Source of the DNA: Tissierellia bacterium
GTDB taxonomy: Bacteria; Bacillota; Clostridia; Tissierellales; Peptoniphilaceae
Length of the DNA: 64,000 bases
NCBI GenBank assembly: GCA_030537855.1
Contig: JAUNVD010000002.1
Span: forward strand, 19,745-83,744
Direction: 5' to 3'
The notes under the pieces are model-generated. The model had not been told where the DNA came from and searched no databases. It worked only from the letters and a program-made list of their open reading frames with translations. Shown one piece after another: positions 1-7,539 of the stretch. Both the position numbers and the translations under genes were made by a program. Position 1 is the stretch's first letter. Each line of letters begins with the position of its first letter.

Positions 1-23
1 GAATGACAATGAAATTCTTTCAT
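1..23 (-). CDS. 5' end of an unidentified gene running off the left edge (MKEFHCH...)
   Basis: ATG (minus) at 21-23 with a GGAG-type RBS at 29-33 (minus). The frame is open to the window edge, but only 7 codons are visible. Confidence 0.25.
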
Positions 24-212
24 AAATACTCCTTTATTAATCATTTGTTTTTCATCCTGTATTACTACTTGTTCTATACCCAATCTTATCATGAATTTGA
101 CAAAGTGTTATAGTTTTTTCTTGTTTTCCCAAGGTTTTCAAAAACTTGATTAAAGAGATAGTGGTCGGGTATATATGAATCAGTACAAAAATTCGAAACA
201 AGGAGAGATAAT

Positions 213-767
213 ATGAGTCTATTTGATTTAATCGAGAGAAAACGTAGAGAAGCAGAAAGACAAAGAAGAGTGGATGCTGCTAGTAAAGTTGTATTGGGAA
301 CAATTTTAGGTGCAACTGCAGGAATTCTTTTAGCTCCAAAATCTGGGGAGGAAACTAGAGCTGATATTCAGGAAAAATCCAAAGAACTTGCTCAAAAGGG
401 TACTGAAGTAGCAAAAGACACTGCTGAAACCATTCAATATAAGGCATATGAAGCTGGAGAGGCCGTTAAAAATACTTATGATGATTTAAAGCTTCGTGCA
501 GCGATTAAAAAAGACGAAGTAAAAGATGATATTGAGATTGCAAAGGCTAAAGCGGATGCTATTGGTGAAATTGTTCGAGATAGTGGCAAAGAAGTAAAAG
601 AACAGTTAAAAGCTACTGGGGCAGAAGTGAAAGATGCTGCTAAAGATGTGAAAGACCAAGCAAAAGATTCAGCAAAAGAAGTAAAGGACCAAGCAAAAGA
701 GTCAGCTGAAAAAATTGGGAAAGAAGTAAAAGAATCTGAAGAAAAGATAGAAAAAGAAGTAAAGTAA
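213..767 (+). CDS. YtxH-domain stress-type protein with K/E-rich 11-residue repeats
   Basis: RBS GGAGAG upstream. The N-terminal motif GTILGATAGILLAPKSGEETRADI is typical of the YtxH family. The C-terminal half is charged 11-mer repeats. Confidence 0.8.
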   Translation: MSLFDLIERKRREAERQRRVDAASKVVLGTILGATAGILLAPKSGEETRADIQEKSKELAQKGTEVAKDTAETIQYKAYEAGEAVKNTYDDLKLRAAIKKDEVKDDIEIAKAKADAIGEIVRDSGKEVKEQLKATGAEVKDAAKDVKDQAKDSAKEVKDQAKESAEKIGKEVKESEEKIEKEVK

Positions 768-788
768 ACCCTTTGAAAGAGTGATGAA

Positions 789-1283
789 ATGGATACGACG
801 ATTACGTTACATGAACTATTTAAGATTCTACTATATTTAGCTGGAATAGGTGCGTTAATTTACCTAGCTTTGGTGTTGAAGAATTTAGTAAAAATTACTG
901 GCACTGTAAAGGATATGTTAGAGGCAAATGAAGTTGCTATTGATGATACGATGAAGAAAGTACCGGATATTGCAAATAATGCAACTAAGATTTCTGCTGA
1001 TGTAGCAGTGATTACTGGTGAAGCTACTCATTTAGTAAATGAAGTAAAGCCGGAAGTGGAAAAATTAGTAGCCACTGTTGGAAATGTTTCTAATACTGTG
1101 GATGGTATTTCCCAAAAGGTTGATAGCACTGCATTAAGGGTTTCTGATACAGTGGTTGATATTTCCGATAGTATTTCGGATACTGCAAAGACCATCTCCA
1201 TTAATGCAAATAATGTGGTGGATTATTTTTACATTTTACGAGAAGTTATTGAAGCAATAAGAGATGTTTTTTTGTCTAAGTAA
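789..1283 (+). CDS. DUF948-like membrane-anchored protein
   Basis: One N-terminal TM helix (ILLYLAGIGALIYLALVL) followed by a helical region. It pairs with a ytxH-type gene, as is common in Firmicutes. Confidence 0.6.
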   Translation: MDTTITLHELFKILLYLAGIGALIYLALVLKNLVKITGTVKDMLEANEVAIDDTMKKVPDIANNATKISADVAVITGEATHLVNEVKPEVEKLVATVGNVSNTVDGISQKVDSTALRVSDTVVDISDSISDTAKTISINANNVVDYFYILREVIEAIRDVFLSK

Positions 1284-1291
1284 GTTTCTAG

Positions 1292-1320
1292 GCGGAGCTT
1301 TTAAGGGCTCCGCTTTTTTA
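1292..1320 (+). terminator. intrinsic terminator
   Basis: GCGGAGC / GCTCCGC stem followed by a T-run. Confidence 0.8.
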
Positions 1321-1377
1321 TATGGACTTTCGTCCCGATTCTAAGTATAATAGTAAGTGAGATAATAGGAGGAGATT

Positions 1378-2265
1378 ATGAAAAAGGTGAAAATAATCGC
1401 CAATCCCACCTCTGGTAGAGAGTATTCTCTTTTAAAAGTAAATCAATTAATCAATTATATGTCTGAAGATCCATGGGATATTCACCTTCTCTTTACTCAT
1501 AAACGAGGGGATGGGATAGAATATGCCAAACATTATCATGGAGAAGATTTGATTGTTTGTTGTGGAGGGGATGGAACCTTAAATGAAGTGGTCAATGGTA
1601 TCTATCAATCTGGAAGAGATACTCCTCTAGCAATTTTACCAAGTGGTACAGTTAATGACTTTGGTACATATTTAGATTTGCCTCAAGATGCAAAGTCTTT
1701 TTATAAATTATTGTGCCGAAATCATAAAATCCACGTAGACATGGGGTTGGCAGGTGATCGAGCATTTATTAATGTAGCTGCAGGAGGACTTTTGACAGAA
1801 GTTGCCTATACGGTAAGTGAAGATTCAAAAGCTGTCCTTGGTCGTATAGCGTACTATGTTGAAGGAGCAAAGGAGATTTTAGGTAGTATTGGTCGTCCCC
1901 GAGAAGGTGTTGAACTTGAGGTTACTGTAGACGATAAGGTATTTTCTGTAAATGCTACTTTGTTTATTATTGCCAATTCCACTTCTGTAGGAGGGTTTAA
2001 GAATTTAGCTCCAACTGCAGAAATTCATGATGGTTTAATGGATGTTATAATCTTAAAAAATGTGGAACTTAATGAAGCTTTAGAAATACTAGGTTCTTTT
2101 ACACTAGGAAAACATATCCATCATGACAAGGTCATTTATATTCAAACAGATGAAATTTCTATAAAAAGTGATCGTCCATTAATCGTTGATGTGGACGGAG
2201 AAAAAACCGGAGAGTTACCAATGACATTTCGAGTCGTAAAGAATGCATTAACCTTATTAATTTAA
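1378..2265 (+). CDS. diacylglycerol kinase-family lipid kinase (YegS/DagK-like)
   Basis: RBS AGGAGGAG. GGDGTLNEVVNG catalytic-domain motif. Typical length of 295 aa. Confidence 0.85.
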   Translation: MKKVKIIANPTSGREYSLLKVNQLINYMSEDPWDIHLLFTHKRGDGIEYAKHYHGEDLIVCCGGDGTLNEVVNGIYQSGRDTPLAILPSGTVNDFGTYLDLPQDAKSFYKLLCRNHKIHVDMGLAGDRAFINVAAGGLLTEVAYTVSEDSKAVLGRIAYYVEGAKEILGSIGRPREGVELEVTVDDKVFSVNATLFIIANSTSVGGFKNLAPTAEIHDGLMDVIILKNVELNEALEILGSFTLGKHIHHDKVIYIQTDEISIKSDRPLIVDVDGEKTGELPMTFRVVKNALTLLI

Positions 2266-2285
2266 GATAAGAAAGGAAGGAAATC

Positions 2286-3302
2286 ATGGCATCCACAATC
2301 AAAGATGTTGCAAAAATGGCAGATGTATCAATTTCTACAGTATCAAGGGTTATCAATGATTCAAAACCAGTAAGTCCTGAAGCGAGAAGACGTGTGCTTC
2401 ATGCAATAGAAGTTTTAGATTATAAACCTAATGAAGTAGCAAGGAGTTTAGTAACAAAAAAATCAAATCTAATTGGAGTAATCGTCAGTGATATTGGAAA
2501 TGCATATGTATCACAGGTACTTAGAGGGGTAGAAGAAATTGGGAGAATGTATAATTATGATATTTTACTTTCTTCGTCTTATGCAGATCCAGAAATTGAA
2601 TTAAAATTTGCAAAACTTTTTTCTCAAAAGCAGGTAGAAGGAATTATTGTGATTTCTGAAATCTTAAATTCTAAGTTAATGTATAAATTAGACGAGTTTA
2701 AGATTCCTTACCTTGTTATTAATCGATTTTACAATATTGAAGAAGCTGCGACAGTTTCTATTAATAATAAAGATGCAGCTTATAAGATGACAAAGTACTT
2801 AATTGACCAAGGTCATAAAAAGATTGGCTATGTGGCTTTACGAAAAGATATGGACCGTACCAATGAAACATATAAAATTAAAGGTTATCGTCAGGCAATG
2901 GGTGAAGAAGATTTAGAACCTCATATTATTTATGCAGAAGGGTTAGAAGGTGAGGCAGCGTCAGAAATTATACCGGAAATTCTTGATGATATTGATACCA
3001 AAGGAATTACCGCTCTATTCTGTACTCAGGATATTTTAGCTCTTTCGTTGATTAATGAATTCTACGATCGGGGCATAAAGGTTCCTGAAGATATTTCTGT
3101 TTGTGGATTTGGTGGTTCTAAATTATCCGGTATGTTTAGACCAAGGCTAACGACGGTAAAAGAGCCTTTTTATGATATTGGTGCTGTGGCAATTCGTAAA
3201 TTGTTAAAAACCATTGAAAATAAAGAAAAAGTTGTAGATAAAGAAACTGTTCTGCTTCCGGTACAAATTTTAAAGCGGGATAGTGTTAATCCACTAGAAT
3301 GA
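2286..3302 (+). CDS. LacI-family transcriptional regulator
   Basis: N-terminal HTH (IKDVAKMADVSISTVSRVIN ... YKPNEVARSL) plus a periplasmic-binding-protein-like sugar-binding fold. Confidence 0.9.
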   Translation: MASTIKDVAKMADVSISTVSRVINDSKPVSPEARRRVLHAIEVLDYKPNEVARSLVTKKSNLIGVIVSDIGNAYVSQVLRGVEEIGRMYNYDILLSSSYADPEIELKFAKLFSQKQVEGIIVISEILNSKLMYKLDEFKIPYLVINRFYNIEEAATVSINNKDAAYKMTKYLIDQGHKKIGYVALRKDMDRTNETYKIKGYRQAMGEEDLEPHIIYAEGLEGEAASEIIPEILDDIDTKGITALFCTQDILALSLINEFYDRGIKVPEDISVCGFGGSKLSGMFRPRLTTVKEPFYDIGAVAIRKLLKTIENKEKVVDKETVLLPVQILKRDSVNPLE

Positions 3303-3781
3303 AATATCGAGCCGTTGTCCTATGTCCATGCTATCTTTTTACCCTAGGGTTGGCAGTGGAATTAAGACAGCGAAGATTTTCTGTAGCTATACCAAGTAAT
3401 CGCCCGGAAACTTTAGATGATACCGTACTTTATTTTTTGCCGGAAGAAGAAATACGGTCCGGGGAAGAAAACCAAGTTAATGTTATTCCTCTTTTAGGAC
3501 AAAAAGGGAAGGGACTCTATTTTGGTGCTGATAATAAAGAGGTATGTGAATACTTGGACAAGGTGGTAAAAAACTTTACGAAAGAAGAAGACACAGTATT
3601 TTTAAACGAAAGAGAAGAAGCTATTTTAGAAAGGATTCTAGCTGGAAAATCTAATCGAGATATAGCTGCAGATTTGTTTTTAAGTGAAAAAACGATTAAA
3701 AATAATATTACCGTTTTATATACAAAGTTAGATGTAAAAAATCGCCAAGAAGTATTTTCTAAATTTAGTTACTTTTTTTAA
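3299..3781 (+). CDS. LuxR-type HTH regulator with a non-canonical (pseudo-receiver-like) N-terminal domain
   Basis: C-terminal GerE/LuxR HTH (EREEAILERILAGKSNRDIAADLFLSEKTIKNNITVLYTKLDV). Its start overlaps the lacI-type stop (ATGA). Confidence 0.7.
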   Translation: MKYRAVVLCPCYLFTLGLAVELRQRRFSVAIPSNRPETLDDTVLYFLPEEEIRSGEENQVNVIPLLGQKGKGLYFGADNKEVCEYLDKVVKNFTKEEDTVFLNEREEAILERILAGKSNRDIAADLFLSEKTIKNNITVLYTKLDVKNRQEVFSKFSYFF

Positions 3782-3839
3782 TGTTTGAAATTTAAAACCA
3801 TGGGTATATAAAAAATAGTAAGAAATAGGATTGGAATAA

Positions 3840-4053
3840 AAATTCATAGAGGTGATTCCGATGACAAGTTCAAAGGGGCACCTTTTTGAAAACGACTTTT
3901 TGAAAAGGTGCCGACATCAACTGTATATCATAGGTCTGTAATAAAACAGCTAAATACTGAACGATGAAAGCGTACTTTCAAAGATGACGAAATGATATAT
4001 TTAATACAATTTCATATATAAGAAGACTGACAGAAAGGTCGGTCTTTTTTATT
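3840..4053 (+). promoter_or_regulatory. structured 5' leader of unknown class ending in a terminator (candidate attenuator or riboswitch) upstream of ggt
   Basis: 10-bp hairpin GGCACCTTTT...AAAAGGTGCC, further small hairpins, then an intrinsic terminator directly before the ggt RBS. Confidence 0.4.
4026..4053 (+). terminator. intrinsic terminator immediately upstream of the ggt RBS (leader terminator)
   Basis: GACTGAC / GTCGGTC stem, loop AGAAAG, then TTTTTATT. Confidence 0.65.
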
Positions 4054-4071
4054 ATGAAGAAAGGAGACAAT

Positions 4072-5661
4072 ATGTATCAAGAATACCCTTTTCCTTCTCG
4101 AAGAACATGTGTCTATGGAAATGCCATTTGTGCATCAAGTAGTCCTTGGGCTTCTCAAGCTGGATTGGAAATTTTACAAAAAGGTGGAAATGCGATAGAT
4201 GCAGCTATTGCCATGGCTAGCACCTTGACGGTTACAGAACCAACTTGCAATGGACTTGGATCTGATATGTTTGCGTTAATATGGAAAGATGAAAAATTAT
4301 ATGGATATAATGGAAGCGGAAAGAGTCCGAAGGCCTTAGACCCGGATATATTGCGAAATATGGGACTTAGGGAACTTCCATTAGATGGAGTGATTCCCAT
4401 TACAGTTCCTGGTGCTGTAAAGGGCTGGTATGATATATGGGAGAAATTTGGAAAGCTTTCTTTTGAAGAGTGTTTTGAACCAGCTATTCACTATGGAAAA
4501 GAAGGGTTTATCGTCACCCCACAATTAGCTATTTTATGGGAAGATTCTTATCGTCGATTTGGAGATAAGAAAGAAAGTATTTATCAACCTTGGAAAGAAA
4601 CATTCGCACCAAAGGGACGAGCCCCTCGAGAAGGGGAACGTTTTGTTAATAAAGATATTGCAAAAACTTTAGAGATTATTAGTAAAACAAAAACTAAAGA
4701 TTTTTACCATGGAAAATTAGCAGATAAAATTGTAGACACAATTACAAAGGCTGGAGGATATTTAAGAAAAGAGGATTTAGAAAATCATAAGGGCCTTTGG
4801 GTTCAACCATTAAAAACCACTTATCGAGGAGTGGATATTTGGGAACTACCTCCGAATGGCCATGGAATCACTGTCCTTATGACCTTACAATTATTAGAAG
4901 AATTGCCCTTAGAAACGATGTCAGAAGAACTAAGTCGACATTATACCATTGAAGCTTTAAAATTGGCATATACAGATGTAAGGGAATATGTGGCAGACCC
5001 GGATCATATGATATGTACTCCTGAACAGCTTCTGCATCTTGAGTACTCTAATTCTAGACGTAAACTCTTAGAAGAACAGGCCCAAGAAGCAAAAATCGGG
5101 ACCCCTCCAGGAGAATCGACAGTATATTTTGCTGTAGCTGATGAAGAAGGTACCATGGTTTCTTGGATTCAAAGTAATTATGAAGGGTTTGGAAGTGGAG
5201 TAGTTATTCCAGGGACGTCTATAGCTTGTAATGATCGTGGAGCTAACTTTAACCTTCGAAAAGGACATGCTAATGAAGCAGGAGGAGGTAAAAGATCTTA
5301 TCATACTATTATTCCTGGTTTTATGACTAAAGATGGAAAGGCCTTTGGCGCCTTTGGTGTTATGGGTGGATTTATGCAACCTCAAGGGCAAGTACAAGTA
5401 ATCCGAAGACTTTTAGATGATGGCTATAATCCACAAGCAGCTTTAGATGCACCTCGTTGGCAATGGTTAGGTGGCTTATCCTTAGAAGTGGAAGAAGATA
5501 TGAATCCTAATGGGATTAAAGATTTGAAAACACGAGGACATGATATTCAAATGGTGAAAGATTCTCGATCTATGGGTCGGGGACAAATTATTTTAAAAAC
5601 AAAAGAAGGATATGTAGCTGGAACTGAAAAAAGAACAGATGGGAGTATTTATGCAAGATAA
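4072..5661 (+). CDS. ggt: gamma-glutamyltransferase-family protein
   Basis: GGT family throughout, with a putative autoprocessing or nucleophile Thr in GESTVYFAV. Start chosen at ATG 4072 (RBS AAGGAG 5 nt upstream) rather than the ORF-track ATG at 4054. Confidence 0.85.
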   Translation: MYQEYPFPSRRTCVYGNAICASSSPWASQAGLEILQKGGNAIDAAIAMASTLTVTEPTCNGLGSDMFALIWKDEKLYGYNGSGKSPKALDPDILRNMGLRELPLDGVIPITVPGAVKGWYDIWEKFGKLSFEECFEPAIHYGKEGFIVTPQLAILWEDSYRRFGDKKESIYQPWKETFAPKGRAPREGERFVNKDIAKTLEIISKTKTKDFYHGKLADKIVDTITKAGGYLRKEDLENHKGLWVQPLKTTYRGVDIWELPPNGHGITVLMTLQLLEELPLETMSEELSRHYTIEALKLAYTDVREYVADPDHMICTPEQLLHLEYSNSRRKLLEEQAQEAKIGTPPGESTVYFAVADEEGTMVSWIQSNYEGFGSGVVIPGTSIACNDRGANFNLRKGHANEAGGGKRSYHTIIPGFMTKDGKAFGAFGVMGGFMQPQGQVQVIRRLLDDGYNPQAALDAPRWQWLGGLSLEVEEDMNPNGIKDLKTRGHDIQMVKDSRSMGRGQIILKTKEGYVAGTEKRTDGSIYAR

Positions 5662-6178
5662 GATAGAACAAGGAAAGATTCATGTTTATACAGGGAATGG
5701 AAAGGGGAAAACAACAGCTGCCCTAGGTCTGGCAACAAGGATGTTATGTTCTGGTGGAAAGGTCTATATGGGACAATTTATCAAAGGAATGGAGTACGGA
5801 GAACTTCATTTACCAGATTACTTTCCGAATCTAACCATACGTCAGTTTGGAAGGGATTGTTTTATTCATCAGGACCCTAAAAAAGAAGATTTTGAATGTG
5901 CCTTAAAAGGTTGGGAAGAAGTAAAAGAAAAATTAGCCAAGGGGGAAGAAGAATTGATTATCCTAGATGAGCTAAATGTGGCTATTTTCTATAAACTCCT
6001 TCCCTTAGAAGAGGTTCTTCAAGTGATTGATACTAGAAATCCTAAGCCAGAACTTGTGATTACCGGTCGATATGCTCCAGAAGAAATTATCCAACGAGGA
6101 GACTTGGTCACTGAAATGAAAGAAATTAAACATTATTTTCACCAAGGAGTGAGAGCAAGAAAAGGAATTGAATATTAA
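5651..6178 (+). CDS. cobO: cob(I)yrinic acid a,c-diamide adenosyltransferase (CobA/CobO/BtuR type)
   Basis: P-loop-like YTGNGKGKTTAALGLATR and family-typical length. It overlaps the ggt 3' end. The ATG at 5639 is an alternative start. Confidence 0.85.
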   Translation: MQDKIEQGKIHVYTGNGKGKTTAALGLATRMLCSGGKVYMGQFIKGMEYGELHLPDYFPNLTIRQFGRDCFIHQDPKKEDFECALKGWEEVKEKLAKGEEELIILDELNVAIFYKLLPLEEVLQVIDTRNPKPELVITGRYAPEEIIQRGDLVTEMKEIKHYFHQGVRARKGIEY

Positions 6179-6639
6179 AAATTTTGATAAGGACGGCGAA
6201 GTCTTCCTGCAGGGATGGTACTAAGATGATAGGTGGTATTACCTAATTTCCAACCTTTCACCCAGTTTTCTAATAAAAGGGGTGGAAGGTTTTTTATTTG
6301 ATTGACAATATTTTTATCTCCAGGAATTGCATATAAATAAGAAAAATAACCAATCCCATCTTCTCCTATAGATACAGGATAATAAATATCAACAGGGGTA
6401 AGGAGAGGGAGATATTCTTCTCTCATACCACGATCATGTAAATAAGCACTTTGGGAATCTTTATCAATCCAGTAAAATTTACAAAGGTATAGAAAAAATC
6501 TCTCAGAATGTAGAGAAAGCGTATAAGATCTTTTTTTGGTTAGAACAAGAGTACTTATTTCTTCATTTTCTTTGAATATAGGGAAAAACCCAAGTAAACT
6601 TTCTTGTAAATAGGGAATAACAATTTCAAAATCTAACAT
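6175..6639 (-). CDS. hypothetical cytoplasmic protein (154 aa)
   Basis: Strong RBS GGAGG 7 nt upstream of the ATG. I recognise no family. Confidence 0.55.
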   Translation of the reverse strand: MLDFEIVIPYLQESLLGFFPIFKENEEISTLVLTKKRSYTLSLHSERFFLYLCKFYWIDKDSQSAYLHDRGMREEYLPLLTPVDIYYPVSIGEDGIGYFSYLYAIPGDKNIVNQIKNLPPLLLENWVKGWKLGNTTYHLSTIPAGRLRRPYQNF

Positions 6640-6824
6640 AATCTACCTCCAAATAAACTAATGTTCTTAATATATTATACAGGAATATATTTTTTTGTAA
6701 AGAAGAATTTTAATAGAATAATTTTCAAGAAAAATTATATTTTAAAAAGATACTGTAAGATTAGAAAAAATTATCACTTGGAAGTTATAAATAAATAAAA
6801 TTCATTATAATTTTATTAAAAATA

Positions 6825-6853
6825 TTGAAACATTCTGCAAAAAGTGTTATTAT
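6825..6853 (+). promoter_or_regulatory. sigma-A-type promoter of the feo operon
   Basis: TTGAAA - 17 nt - TATTAT. Confidence 0.55.
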
Positions 6854-6859
6854 ATTTAT

Positions 6860-6872
6860 ATTGATTATCAAT
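6860..6872. promoter_or_regulatory. Fur-box-like palindrome
   Basis: ATTGAT-T-ATCAAT inverted repeat immediately downstream of the -10, in front of the iron-transport genes. Confidence 0.5.
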
Positions 6873-6975
6873 ACAAATATAATAAGTCAAGGTTAATTAA
6901 GAGCCACCATTTATAGATTAATAGAATAGGTAAAAAATAAGTAGATTACATTCATTGTACTAAAGAGGTGGTTTT

Positions 6976-7206
6976 ATGAATTTATTAATGGCGCCGAAAG
7001 AAAAAGTCTTAAGAATTATTAAAGTTAGAGAGAAAAGAAGCACAGACAAGCAAGAAAAGTTTCTTTCTAATTTAGGCTTTGTCGAAGGGGCCAATATTTC
7101 TGTAATTACTGAAAATAGAGGAAACTTAATTGTAAATATTAAGGACAGTCGTGTGGCTTTAGGAAAAGATTTAGCCTTACGTATTATAGTTGAAGAAATT
7201 GATTAA
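6976..7206 (+). CDS. feoA: FeoA-family iron transport protein
   Basis: Small SH3-like FeoA (76 aa) directly upstream of feoB. Confidence 0.85.
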   Translation: MNLLMAPKEKVLRIIKVREKRSTDKQEKFLSNLGFVEGANISVITENRGNLIVNIKDSRVALGKDLALRIIVEEID

Positions 7207-7216
7207 GGAGGGGAAA

Positions 7217-7492
7217 ATGAGTGATATTCTAACGTTACGAGATGCTGAAATAGGTGGTTTTTATTCCGTAAAAAAGATTCATGGTTTAGGACCAGTTAAA
7301 AGAAGGATTATGGATATGGGTGTTACAAAAAACACTCCACTTTATGTTCGTAAGGTTGCTCCTTTAGGAGATCCTGTGCAAATTACAATTCGCAATTATG
7401 AATTAAGTTTACGAAAAGAAGATGCAGGGATGATAGAAGTAGTGCCAATAGAACCGGAAGAAGCAGAATCGTTAAAAATTAAAAAAATATAA
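7217..7492 (+). CDS. feoA: FeoA-family iron transport protein (second copy)
   Basis: FeoA-like sequence. Start moved to ATG 7217 behind RBS AAGGAGG. Confidence 0.85.
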   Translation: MSDILTLRDAEIGGFYSVKKIHGLGPVKRRIMDMGVTKNTPLYVRKVAPLGDPVQITIRNYELSLRKEDAGMIEVVPIEPEEAESLKIKKI

Positions 7493-7539
7493 AATATAAA
7501 AAATAAAATAAGCATAATCTGAAAAGAAGAGGTGATGAT

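Noticed and set aside
3840-4053. A cobalamin riboswitch was considered, given cobO downstream. T-box, SAM-I, glycine, ykkC and lysine riboswitches were also considered.
   Set aside because: I could not find the B12 box, the T-box sequence or the conserved cores of those classes. Only scattered L-box-like words are present, so no class is called.
6175-6639. Possible ComK-like competence regulator.
   Set aside because: There is only a vague resemblance in the spacing of hydrophobic and aromatic residues, and I could not align any convincing conserved block. The gene is left as hypothetical.
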